From assembly GCA_963724765.1 (NCBI GenBank), contig CAVRVY010000003.1, positions 1,606,247 through 1,670,246 on the forward strand: 64,000 nucleotides of DNA, in the 5' to 3' direction. Each line of letters begins with the position of its first letter. The first letter of the stretch is position 1. Under the pieces are notes generated by a model. It did not search any database. It worked only from the letters and a program-made list of their open reading frames with translations, and had not been told where the DNA came from. The position numbers and the translations under genes are program-made. Source of the DNA: an uncultured delta proteobacterium (GTDB taxonomy: Bacteria; Desulfobacterota; Binatia; Binatales; Binataceae). Below are positions 1 to 8,927 of this stretch, piece after piece.

Positions 1-851
1 TCGTGCGAGAGCGTGCCCAGAAATTCGTCCTTCAGGCGGCTGGCCCGTTCGGCTTCATTGCGCGCAGCCCGCTCGCTGGCGAGCAATTCATTTCGTTCGG
101 TCTCGTGCTGCATCCGTTCGGTGATGTCGGTGACAACCGCCAGCCGCACGCCCGGAAAAGAATGAGCCGAGATATACCATTCCAGATGAACGAGCTTGTT
201 GTCCGAATTGAACAATGGAAAAGTGCCCCGCCAGGTGTCCTTCCTTTCCAGCGCGCGCTCGATTTCCCGGGGATCGGCCGCAGCCTCCGGCGGCATGAAA
301 GCAGACAGCGGCTGGCGCACGATCTGTTCGCGTGAGCGGTTAAGCAACTCACACATCGCCGGATTGACTTCCAGGTAAGTCAAGTGTTGATCGAGTAACA
401 GTATCCCACTTACCGCATTGTCAAATACAGCTTTGAACTTGGCTTCGCTTTTACGCATTTCATCTTCGGCGCGGCGCGCCCGCAAAAATGCGTTGACCGT
501 GGCGATCAGCACCGGAGGCTCGATGGGATGGGTGAGATAGCCGTCGCTGCCAGCATCGAGGCCCTGCGCTTTGTCGATTTCCTTGACGAAAGTGGCCGAG
601 ATATGAATTACCGGAAGTCGCGCCGTACGAGGATCAGTACGCAGCCGGCGGCAAACGTCGAAGCCGTGGATATCCGGGAGATTGACATCGAGTAACAGGA
701 TATCGGTGTTGAGGGCACGTTCGAGCGCTTGCTCGCCATTGATGCCTTCGGCTACGTCGAAATCAGCCGCCCGAAGAACGCGCGAAGTCGAATACAGCGT
801 GGCCGGATTATCATCGACCACCAGGACCCGGGGAGGTGCTTCATCCGGCAT
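1..851 (-). CDS. Hybrid sensor histidine kinase (REC-PAS-HisKA), truncated by the window edge
   Basis: Manual translation from ATG 851: MPDEAPPRVLVVDDNPATLY...LLLDVNLPDIHGFDVC (receiver), FKAVFDNAVSGILLLD (PAS), ...ASRLKDEFLGTLSH (H-box) at the edge. Not in the ORF track because no stop lies in the window. Confidence 0.9.
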   Translation of the reverse strand, partial: MPDEAPPRVLVVDDNPATLYSTSRVLRAADFDVAEGINGEQALERALNTDILLLDVNLPDIHGFDVCRRLRTDPRTARLPVIHISATFVKEIDKAQGLDAGSDGYLTHPIEPPVLIATVNAFLRARRAEDEMRKSEAKFKAVFDNAVSGILLLDQHLTYLEVNPAMCELLNRSREQIVRQPLSAFMPPEAAADPREIERALERKDTWRGTFPLFNSDNKLVHLEWYISAHSFPGVRLAVVTDITERMQHETERNELLASERAARNEAERASRLKDEFLGTLSH

Positions 852-854
852 GCT

Positions 855-1796
855 CTAATCCTGGGACCGGGTTGCCAACTGGATTTCCGCCGCGGTAGGC
901 AATCTGTTCGGCTTGAAATGCACCGGAATGATGGTTGAAAAAGTCGACCCGCGGCCCACTTCGCTTTCCACGGCGACGCTTCCGCCCAGCAATTCCGCCA
1001 GGCGCTTGCTGAGTGCAAGTCCGAGCCCGGTGCCGCGAAATCTTTTCTGGATCGGGGAGTCGACTTGCACGAAATCCTGGAACAGCGCGCCCTGATGCTT
1101 TTTGGGGATGCCGATGCCGGTGTCCGCTACCGCGAACGTCACCCAATCGGGCGTGCGGTACTGCGCTGAGACGCGTACCTCGCCCTTTTGCGTGAACTTG
1201 AGCGCGTTGGAAATAAAGTTTCGCAGGATCTGCGATAGCTTCTTGTCATCGGTATAAATGCGCGGCACGTCGGTCGGTTCCTCGAAAACCAGCGTGACTG
1301 ACTCGTTGGTGAGTATGGGTTTGAACATTCCTCTGAGCGCCGCAAAAAGGTCGACCATCTCGAACCATTGCGGTGAGATCGAAATCCGGCCCGCATCGAT
1401 CTTGGCCAGGTCAAGGAGGTCATTGACCATATCGGTCAATTCTTTGGCCGAGCCTTGAATGAACCGCACCTGCTTTTCCTGCTCGTCGGTGAGCGACCCA
1501 TCCATTCGATCGAGCAGAATGCGGCTGATGCTGCGAATCGAACCGAGCGGTGTCCGAAACTCATGACTCATGTAGGAAAGGAAGCGGCTTTTGAGTTCCG
1601 AAACGTCCCGTAATTGCGCGGCTCTGTCATCGAGTTCGGCATACAGCGCGACGACGCCGCTGTTGGTATCGGCAAGCTCGCGGCTCAGGTTGTCGATTTG
1701 CGCAAGACGTTCGCGCAGTTCGGCCTCCAACGCATCGCGCTGCTCGCGGATACGCTCCAACTCTTCGCGCACTGCCTCGGCCTCACGTATGATCAT
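855..1796 (-). CDS. Cytoplasmic histidine kinase (coiled coil-HisKA-HATPase), stressosome-associated
   Basis: KSRFLSYMSHEFRTPL H-box, NFISNALKF N-box, DTGIGI and GTGLGL G-boxes. Confidence 0.93.
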   Translation of the reverse strand: MIIREAEAVREELERIREQRDALEAELRERLAQIDNLSRELADTNSGVVALYAELDDRAAQLRDVSELKSRFLSYMSHEFRTPLGSIRSISRILLDRMDGSLTDEQEKQVRFIQGSAKELTDMVNDLLDLAKIDAGRISISPQWFEMVDLFAALRGMFKPILTNESVTLVFEEPTDVPRIYTDDKKLSQILRNFISNALKFTQKGEVRVSAQYRTPDWVTFAVADTGIGIPKKHQGALFQDFVQVDSPIQKRFRGTGLGLALSKRLAELLGGSVAVESEVGRGSTFSTIIPVHFKPNRLPTAAEIQLATRSQD

Positions 1797-2817
1797 GATT
1801 AACTAACGCTTGAAGGCGCGCTACCAGGATTGTTGCGTCGTCACGTCCTCGCTTGGCGTCGCGATATAGTATTGCGGCGATCACCCCAGTATCGGCCTGC
1901 GCCAACCCGGGATAGTCGTTCCATTTCCAACGCGCGCTCAATCCGTCCGAGTGCATAATCAGCAGATCGCCATCTTGCCATTGATAGTCGAACTCTTGCA
2001 GCTTGCGCGCCTCGACACCGATAATGCCGTTATGGGACAGCAGCGGCCTGCTCTTGCCCGCCGAATTGATGATACTACCTACGATATTTCCTACACCCGC
2101 ATAGCGAAGTTTGTACAGCCCAAGGTCCACTTGGGCCATCGCCATCGCCGCGCCTCGCGAGGAGCGCAGCGCGCTATGCGCCGCTTCGAGGTAACCGCGC
2201 GGCGAGTCGAACGACCCTTCGCTGAAAGCCTGCACGGCGTGGCCGGACGCGATCGCTGCCAGCGGGCCATGCCCCAATCCATCGATTACGACGGCCGACA
2301 TCCGGCCGTCCTCTTGGCGGAATTGCCACGCATCGCCACATTCTTTCTCGCCGGGAGTCGGAACGCAGATCGCCGAGAATTGGGGTTGCGTGCGCGATTT
2401 TGCCTCTGGGGTCCGGACCCGCGATACCACCACAGTTCCGGCGGGCTGGGTCGAGTAAATCGCAAAGTCGGTGGACAAGCGCCGCACTGCCCCAAGACCG
2501 CAACCTCTGGTGCCGCCGCCTGAAACGCCATCGGCCATGGATCGCTGCAAGTTCGCGACGCCGGGGCCGCGGTCCAACGCGATTATTTCGATACCCGGTC
2601 CGGCCTCCGCGGGAAGTACGCGGATCAGTAGTTCTCCTCCTTGGGCGTGAAGAAGCAGGTTGGTCGCCAGTTCGGTGACGATCAGGGGAACGCGTCCGCG
2701 CTCGGCTTCCTTGATTCGGGCAAGTTCGGCCATATGCGAGGAAATCCGCCGTGCCTCGCCGATCGAGCTGCGGTCAGTAATCGCGATCGAATTGTGCTGA
2801 TGAACTATCATCGCCAT
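1783..2817 (-). CDS. rsbX: RsbX-like protein (HATPase-like domain plus PP2C/SpoIIE phosphatase)
   Basis: ELATNLLLH, DRGPG, GCGLG; then ECGDAW, IDGLGHG, HSDGL, RDDAT PP2C motifs; directly after rsbT. Confidence 0.85.
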   Translation of the reverse strand: MAMIVHQHNSIAITDRSSIGEARRISSHMAELARIKEAERGRVPLIVTELATNLLLHAQGGELLIRVLPAEAGPGIEIIALDRGPGVANLQRSMADGVSGGGTRGCGLGAVRRLSTDFAIYSTQPAGTVVVSRVRTPEAKSRTQPQFSAICVPTPGEKECGDAWQFRQEDGRMSAVVIDGLGHGPLAAIASGHAVQAFSEGSFDSPRGYLEAAHSALRSSRGAAMAMAQVDLGLYKLRYAGVGNIVGSIINSAGKSRPLLSHNGIIGVEARKLQEFDYQWQDGDLLIMHSDGLSARWKWNDYPGLAQADTGVIAAILYRDAKRGRDDATILVARLQALVNHDHT

Positions 2818-2824
2818 CCGCGTA

Positions 2825-3238
2825 CTATTTCCAGCGCGTCACAGTCACTATTGTTCCGACCCCGGACTGAGAAGTGATTTTGAAATCGTTAACCAGCCGC
2901 TTGGCGCCGGGAAGGCCCATCCCCAAGCCAGTTCCGGTCGTCCATCCGTCTTTCATCGCCAGACTCAGATCCTCAATTCCATTACCCTGATCGCTTATCG
3001 TCAACCGCAATCCCTGCCTTTCATTTTCGGCCACGGTCTCCCATTCCAACGTGCCGCCACCGCCATAGACGACAGCGTTGCGCACCAACTCGCTCGCCGC
3101 GGTTACAATCTTGGTCTGATCGACGAGACTGAATCCGAGTTGAACGGCGGCTTTGCGGATTGCCTGGCGTGCCAACACGATGTCCTGTTCGGAGGCCAGC
3201 CGTAATGATTCATTCCTCGCCACTGGCGTCCTCGCCAT
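2825..3238 (-). CDS. rsbT: RsbT serine/threonine kinase (anti-sigma-type HATPase)
   Basis: DIVLARQ, TAASELVRNAVVYGGGG, DQGNGI, GLGMGLPGAKRLV; exact start uncertain. Confidence 0.9.
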   Translation of the reverse strand: MARTPVARNESLRLASEQDIVLARQAIRKAAVQLGFSLVDQTKIVTAASELVRNAVVYGGGGTLEWETVAENERQGLRLTISDQGNGIEDLSLAMKDGWTTGTGLGMGLPGAKRLVNDFKITSQSGVGTIVTVTRWK

Positions 3239-3593
3239 CCTCATCTGAGGCTGCCAGCAAGGCCATCCCACGCTCGACGTTAAGGGCGGTTTTCACTCCC
3301 GGCAGGGTGAGTCCCAGCTCGACCAGCGTGATTGCGACGGCCGGTTGCATTCCGACGAGCACGGTCCTCGCATTGAGAATATGCGACATTGCCGAGATAT
3401 TCCCGATCATCCTGCCAATGAAGGAGTCCACCATCTCCAGCGCCGAGATATCGATTAGCACACCGTGAGAGCCGGTTTTTTCGATCCGCGTAGTCAGGTC
3501 TTCCTGCAGCCGGAGAGCAATCCCATCATCCATTTCGATCTGGATTGTCACCAGCAAGAACCGGCCCATCCTAAGAATCGGAATTCGTTCCAT
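3210..3593 (-). CDS. rsbS: RsbS STAS antagonist
   Basis: MERIPIL..., IDISALEMVDSF, GMQPAVAITLVELG. Confidence 0.92.
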   Translation of the reverse strand: MERIPILRMGRFLLVTIQIEMDDGIALRLQEDLTTRIEKTGSHGVLIDISALEMVDSFIGRMIGNISAMSHILNARTVLVGMQPAVAITLVELGLTLPGVKTALNVERGMALLAASDEDGEDASGEE

Positions 3594-3605
3594 GCCTCTA
3601 ACTCG

Positions 3606-4466
3606 TCACCCCTTGATCCTAGAAAGCACGAAACCCGATCGCTTCAACGCCAATGCCAGCGCGTCCGCCAGGGTCGCCTTGGTGGTCACGCCTTGTAGAT
3701 CGATCCCGAGATGCACGATCGTCTGCGCGATCTGCGGCCGGATACCGCTGATGATGCAATCCGCACCCATCATGCGAATCGCGGTAACGGTCTTCAGCAG
3801 ATGTTGCGCGGTCAGCGTATCGACGGTTGGCACCCCAGTAATATCGATAATCGCGGTTTCAGATCCGGTTTCAACGATCCGCTGCAGGAGCGACTCCATC
3901 ACAACCTGGGTGCGTGCGCTGTCGAGGGTTCCGATCATCGGTAGCGCCAGAATGCCTTCCCATAGCTTCACCACTGGCGTCGAAAGCTCGAGCAGTTCCT
4001 CCTGCTGGCGATTGATAATGGCCTCGCGCGCCTTCTGAAAACTTTTGACGGTATGCAGGCCGAGTTGGTCGAGCAACTCGGTGGCGTTCCAGGTCTCGTC
4101 GGCCAGCTCCTGCGAGTTTTTGCCGCACTCCTTACGCAGGTACTCGAATAGCGGCTTCTTGAACGAGAAAATAAAGGAAGCGGTTTCCTCTGAGCTGAAA
4201 CCCTGCTGTGCGCGCGACCGCGAGATGCTGTCGAGGAAGTCGTACAACTGCACCCAAGGCGCGCTCTGAGGATTAGTGATTCCGTCGCTGGCTGAGGCGA
4301 CCTCGAGCAGGGCGAGGAATTCGCGCGTCTGCGCGGAAAGCTCGGCCTCGGTAATTCTACGATCAATTTGCAAATCACCGGCTAATTCGTTCATCCAGCC
4401 AGCCTGTAGCTCTTCCGGGAATTTCTTCAAAATCGCGTGGGTAAGCGAAGCACCATTGGATGTCAT
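3606..4466 (-). CDS. rsbR: RsbR stressosome scaffold (N-terminal sensor domain plus STAS)
   Basis: ELSTPV, GTLDSAR, DITGVPTVDT, SGIRPQIAQT. Confidence 0.93.
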   Translation of the reverse strand: MTSNGASLTHAILKKFPEELQAGWMNELAGDLQIDRRITEAELSAQTREFLALLEVASASDGITNPQSAPWVQLYDFLDSISRSRAQQGFSSEETASFIFSFKKPLFEYLRKECGKNSQELADETWNATELLDQLGLHTVKSFQKAREAIINRQQEELLELSTPVVKLWEGILALPMIGTLDSARTQVVMESLLQRIVETGSETAIIDITGVPTVDTLTAQHLLKTVTAIRMMGADCIISGIRPQIAQTIVHLGIDLQGVTTKATLADALALALKRSGFVLSRIKG

Positions 4467-4675
4467 GGACCTATCCTCAAGACGTTTTTTACCCTCCCGC
4501 AGGCGGGTAGAGACCTGGGAGCCAATGAAAATAGATCAGGCCCCCCGAGAGACTGTTCCACCATACCGCTGTTGGCAAGGAGGTCGCTGCACCTGTTTCA
4601 CCGATTCGCAGATTTATTCCCTATGATCTTTCGAGCTTTGCACTAGCGCGATCGATCATCTGCTTTTTGTTTCTA

Positions 4676-4690
4676 TGGCACAGGACGTGC
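4676..4690 (+). promoter_or_regulatory. Putative sigma-54 promoter
   Basis: TGGCACAGGACGTGC (GG-N10-GC) upstream of the FAD oxidoreductase pseudogene. Confidence 0.55.
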
Positions 4691-4974
4691 AACTATCGAG
4701 CCGACAGCCGACTCGAGGACTTGGTACAGCGGTATTCGGGATCCCTTCGTATGGCGGCGGGTCCGATCACTCCTTTTTACACAACATGAGTTCGCCATGC
4801 TCCAGACATCCGTTATTTGCAATTTCAAGTCACGTTTTACCGGCAGAATAATTCTGCCCAGTGACCGCGCGTATGAATCCGCGCGGCGCGTTCATAACGG
4901 TGCGATCCTCCGTCATCCCGCACTGATGGCGGTGTGCGCCACGATCGACGAGGTTTGCGATGGTAAATATCCCC

Positions 4975-5003
4975 TTGACGGCAGTACCGCCTTCTGCTAT
5001 ATT
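4975..5003 (+). promoter_or_regulatory. Sigma-70 promoter with -35 box in the left TIR, pointing to the transposase
   Basis: TTGACG-17 bp-TATATT with extended TG; ATG at 5011. Confidence 0.7.
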
Positions 5004-5010
5004 TTGTTTC

Positions 5011-5955
5011 ATGAGCAAAGCTTATCGAAACAACCCAGCACGTTGCGGCTCGTCGGATAGCGCTTATTCGTTGATGGAGTTTGAACGGGAATATCCGGAC
5101 GACGCAGCCTGTCTCGAATCGCTCATGAAGCGGCTCTATCCGAACGGCATCTATTGTCCGACCTGTAAAGCGATCACGAAGCATCATCGCGAGGCGAAGA
5201 GGCCATCCTTCGCCTGTCAAAATTGTGGGCACCATGAGCATCCGATGCGCGGTACGATTTTTCAGGATTCCGCGACTTCGTTGAAACTTTGGTTCTATGC
5301 GATCTATCTCATGTCTTCGACGCGATGCGGTATCAGCGCCAAGCAGCTTGGGCGCGAAATTGGCGTCACCTACAAGACGGCGTGGCGCATGTTTCACCTG
5401 ATCCGCAAAATGCTCGAAGTTAAAGACGGCGATCCACTCTCGGGAAAGGTTGAGGTAGACGAAAGTTTTTATGGCGGAAAGGAAAAGAACAAGCACGCAA
5501 ACAAAAAATTCTCTGATCACTCTAAGGGCACCGTCGGTAAGCAGCCCGTATGGGGAGCGGTTGAACGCAATGGCCGCGTCGTTGCGCGCGTCGTTCCAGA
5601 TACGAAGCAGGCCACGATTCTTCCGCACGTCCGCGAGCACGTCCTGCCCGCAGCGACTATTTTCAGCGATGAAGCTTATGCCTACGATCCGCTTACGGGG
5701 CTTGGCTACAGACACAAGCGTGTGCATCATGCGGCGAAGGTCTACGTTGAAGGCGACGCCCACGTAAACACACTGGAGGGCTTTTGGAGCCTGACTAAGA
5801 ACGGCATCCGTGGCGTCTATCGGAATGTCAGCCATAAACATCTGCAAATGTATCTTGATGAGTACGCCTTCCGTTTTAATCGGCGCGGTCATCAAAGCCC
5901 GATGTTTCGTCATTTCATGCATCAGATCACGAAGAAGGCTTCCTTCGCCGCGTAG
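5011..5955 (+). CDS. IS1595 (ISXO2-like) transposase
   Basis: Zn ribbon CPTC..CQNC, GISAKQLGREIGVTYKTAWRM HTH, VEVDES, IFSDE, NTLEGFWS, YLDEYAFRFN. Confidence 0.95.
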   Translation: MSKAYRNNPARCGSSDSAYSLMEFEREYPDDAACLESLMKRLYPNGIYCPTCKAITKHHREAKRPSFACQNCGHHEHPMRGTIFQDSATSLKLWFYAIYLMSSTRCGISAKQLGREIGVTYKTAWRMFHLIRKMLEVKDGDPLSGKVEVDESFYGGKEKNKHANKKFSDHSKGTVGKQPVWGAVERNGRVVARVVPDTKQATILPHVREHVLPAATIFSDEAYAYDPLTGLGYRHKRVHHAAKVYVEGDAHVNTLEGFWSLTKNGIRGVYRNVSHKHLQMYLDEYAFRFNRRGHQSPMFRHFMHQITKKASFAA

Positions 5956-7012
5956 CCTTTGCTAGGTCGCTGACGAAATCGCCGCGCATCGGGATAGGAA
6001 TGGTCTCGCCAGCGTGGGTAAGCTGTTCGCTTTCTACCATTGCCGAATCGGCTGTCGCGGCGGAAATGTCCTTCGGCTCTGCGGAACGTCGGCGACGATC
6101 CTCAGTCACATCTAGTCTCATCAGCAACTCCTTAATATTTTCTGCGGGAGTGAGTATAGCCATCCCAGCATTTTGTTCCGTTATTAGATCTTTGCTTTGC
6201 GGGCGGGCTTTACGCTTCACAGAGATCGGAATATCGAAATGGCCCGATACTAACCCTAGCAATGCCATTATGAATCCTCTTGCTACCATGCGAGAGTGTC
6301 CGCCCGGACCGGGGGCGCTGATATTGTAAGTAAAATGCCAAAATACTGGCGAGCCGCTGTGGCCGCCCCACGAATGACTTTCCGCCAAATAAGCACGAAT
6401 TGGGACATTTCCTCGTGCCTTCGTACGCAACATGACAAGTTCATCCCCCGGCATCCGCGAGATATTCCCGAAGCGAGCGATTGGGAGATTGCGATTGCTA
6501 CCCGCAGATTGAACGAATAACCCAGGAAAGAATAGATCGTCTCCCGCTTGTACGGGTATACCGTCGGGAAAGTTTGCTTTGAACACTGGCTCCAAGCGTG
6601 GGTTGCCACGTCCCGTAAGGCTCTGGACATTGAGTCGATAGCTACTGTCAATAAACTGATCAAGTGGAAGACCTTGAACTGAATGTCTCTCGGGATCGCT
6701 CGACAGCAAGATCGCTGCTACATCGGCGCGATCGTGCTTAAACCAATCATCTTTTCTGGTAGGAATGTCTTCAAACCCGACATTTGACTGAATCTGCGGG
6801 AGAGTATTCACCCTAATGTAGATGTCCTGTCCTAAAATTTCTTCGATGGAATGCAGGGCCGTGACGACATAGGTCCATCGCGCAGTCGGGTCTGTTTCGT
6901 CTGGGACCTCTACAAAGAAAGCGGTCCCGCCAGCTATAGCTCCCCCTCGGCTCCCGCGAGTCTTGGCACACAGAAATGCGACGCAGTCTAAAAAATGCGG
7001 ATCGATTCTCAA
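5927..7012 (-). CDS. Trypsin-like serine protease (IS passenger)
   Basis: GTAFFV, VTALH (His), DRADVA (Asp), GHSGSPV (Ser); probable TTG start at 7012 after GAGAGGTGG; no signal peptide. Confidence 0.75.
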   Translation of the reverse strand: MRIDPHFLDCVAFLCAKTRGSRGGAIAGGTAFFVEVPDETDPTARWTYVVTALHSIEEILGQDIYIRVNTLPQIQSNVGFEDIPTRKDDWFKHDRADVAAILLSSDPERHSVQGLPLDQFIDSSYRLNVQSLTGRGNPRLEPVFKANFPDGIPVQAGDDLFFPGLFVQSAGSNRNLPIARFGNISRMPGDELVMLRTKARGNVPIRAYLAESHSWGGHSGSPVFWHFTYNISAPGPGGHSRMVARGFIMALLGLVSGHFDIPISVKRKARPQSKDLITEQNAGMAILTPAENIKELLMRLDVTEDRRRRSAEPKDISAATADSAMVESEQLTHAGETIPIPMRGDFVSDLAKATRRRKPSS

Positions 7013-7058
7013 GTTCCACCTCTCGCCAAGCGCCCGTCTGGGCAGCTTGTAAGGCGGA

Positions 7059-7086
7059 AGGATATCACGCGCGGTACTGCCGTCAA
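7059..7086 (-). promoter_or_regulatory. Sigma-70 promoter with -35 box in the right TIR, pointing to the passenger gene
   Basis: Minus strand TTGACG-16 bp-TATCCT with extended TG. Confidence 0.55.
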
Positions 7087-7407
7087 GGGGATACTTACCC
7101 TTTGCGATGCGGTCGAATTCGCGCGCGAAAACCAACTCCTGGTCGCCGTCCGGTGCGGGGGACACAGCCCGATTGGCCATTCAGTGTGCGACGGCGGAAT
7201 TGTCATCGACCTGTCCGGCCTGAAGAATCTTGAAATAGTCAATGCGCCTGACGAACTCGCCGTGAGTTTCGGCATCAGGTCGGCGGACAGGCACCCCGCG
7301 GGATTTGGGTTTTTGGCTCCAGTCCGAGTGGAACACGCCTGCCGAGATTCGCGCGCAGTCCGCGTGGGTCGACGAAACGATGGAGGCGATGAAATCGGAG
7401 AAGCTAA

Positions 7408-8520
7408 GTGAGCATTAGTTGGTTATATCTGTTTGTGGGCATTCTCCTGGTAGTGCTCATTTTTTGGGACGCCTTCGAAGTGATGCTTCTGCCTTTGCCG
7501 ATCAGACGAAATCTGCGGCTGGTAATGCTATTTGTTCGATTAACCTGGCGAACATGGACTGCCATCGGGCAACGGCTTGGACCGGGCGAGCGTCGTGAGA
7601 GATTGCTCGGCATCTATGGGCCTCTATCACTGGTACTGCTTATTTGCTTGTGGGTAGGCGGACTTATCCTGGGCTTCGGCCTTATACATCTGGCATTGCA
7701 ACCCTATTCGTTTCTGCAAGCCTTATATTTCAGCGGTATCACATTCTTCACCGTAGGCTATGGGGACCTTGTACCCCGCTCGATGCCGATGAAAGCTGTT
7801 GCCGTCATTGAAGCTGGCTGTGGACTTGGGTTCCTGGCGTTGGTGATTGGCTATCTACCTGTTCTATATCAGCTGTTCGCGAGGCGCGAAGCGCACGTCA
7901 TGTTGCTCGATGAACGCGCTGGATCGCCTCCCACGGCAACCACCCTGTTAAAGCGGCATGCGGATGGCCACAGCATGGATTCGCTGGACCAGCTATTGCG
8001 AGAATGGGAGGTGTGGGCTTCAGAATTGCTCGAGAGCCACATGTCATATCCAATGTTGGGCTTTTACCGCTCGCAGTATTCGAATCAATCATGGCTCGCC
8101 GCGATGGCGTCGATAACGGACGCCTGTTCATTAATAATGGTGGGAATCGACGGGGTCCGGACTTTTCAAGCGCGGATGACTTTTTCTGTGGCGCGTCTGG
8201 CGATTATCGAACTGTCCCGGGTTTTGCGAGTTGAAGAAAAGGCTACCGCTAAATCGCGCCTGACCTCAACCGAGTTTGCCCGGATGAAGAAGGCGTTGAA
8301 GGAATCTGCACTTGAGATAGTTGAGCCGGATGCCGAGGCGCAATTAGCTAAGTTCCGGGTGACTTACGAGCCTTTTCTCGTCGGCCTGGCTGAGTATCTG
8401 ATCGTCGCACTTCCCAAGTGGATCAGTAAGTCGGAGCAAATCGACAACTGGGAGGAAGATGAGCGAGGCGCATCAGCTAAGAGATTAGTGGAGGCCGTTG
8501 CGCCAGAGCCCGGCTCATGA
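7408..8520 (+). CDS. Potassium channel family protein (Ion_trans_2)
   Basis: TFFTVGYGD selectivity filter flanked by TM helices. Confidence 0.9.
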   Translation: MSISWLYLFVGILLVVLIFWDAFEVMLLPLPIRRNLRLVMLFVRLTWRTWTAIGQRLGPGERRERLLGIYGPLSLVLLICLWVGGLILGFGLIHLALQPYSFLQALYFSGITFFTVGYGDLVPRSMPMKAVAVIEAGCGLGFLALVIGYLPVLYQLFARREAHVMLLDERAGSPPTATTLLKRHADGHSMDSLDQLLREWEVWASELLESHMSYPMLGFYRSQYSNQSWLAAMASITDACSLIMVGIDGVRTFQARMTFSVARLAIIELSRVLRVEEKATAKSRLTSTEFARMKKALKESALEIVEPDAEAQLAKFRVTYEPFLVGLAEYLIVALPKWISKSEQIDNWEEDERGASAKRLVEAVAPEPGS

Positions 8521-8927
8521 GTCGGAACCGTCTTTGAAGAGCTGACACTCCCTGATGAGTGCGCACTAAAGAGCACGGCGGATCATCCATGCAAGGCCCG
8601 AAATCGCGAGCCACGTCGCGGTCGCGGCACCAAGAACAACGGCGGGGTTGTAGTCGGCCAGTAGTTGCCAGACGACTATAGCAAATCCGATTAGGCCGAT
8701 GCTGCCTAGAGCCGCGCCCGCCGCATCAAGTGCGGCGGCTTCCCGTCCGCGGATAGTTCCATGCTCGCCCGCGAGTCTCTTCTTTTCGCGTTCATGTTTT
8801 TCGACGAGCGTGACGGCGGCCGGAAATACGACTGGAAAGGCAAGAAACAAGCCGCCTGTCGCGGGGCCGTATTCGTGCGCGACAATGCCCGTTGCCGCCG
8901 TAATCAAACCGCCGAAAAGGAACCTTA

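Larger units (their letters stand above)
4962..7100 (+). mobile_element. IS1595-family element with a passenger gene
   Basis: About 29-bp TIRs: GGTAAATATCCCCTTGACGGCAGTACCGC (4962) and GCGGTACTGCCGTCAAGGGGATACTTACCC (ends 7100). 8-bp TSD TTTGCGAT at 4954-4961 and 7101-7108. Confidence 0.95.
4797..7290 (+). pseudogene. FAD-binding oxidoreductase (FAD_binding_4), split by IS1595 and apparently internally deleted
   Basis: Removing the IS and one TSD copy joins YESARRVHNG..HPALMAVCATIDEVCD to AVEFARENQLLVAVRCGGHS..DGGIVIDLS. The sequence then jumps to APDEL and decays; the 3' boundary is approximate. Confidence 0.8.

Noticed and set aside
4837-5922. 361-aa minus-strand ORF
   Set aside because: Antisense shadow of the IS1595 transposase; crosses the IS boundary
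7013-7180. N-terminal extension of the 417-aa protease ORF
   Set aside because: Runs through the right TIR into the antisense of the host gene; a better start is at 7012
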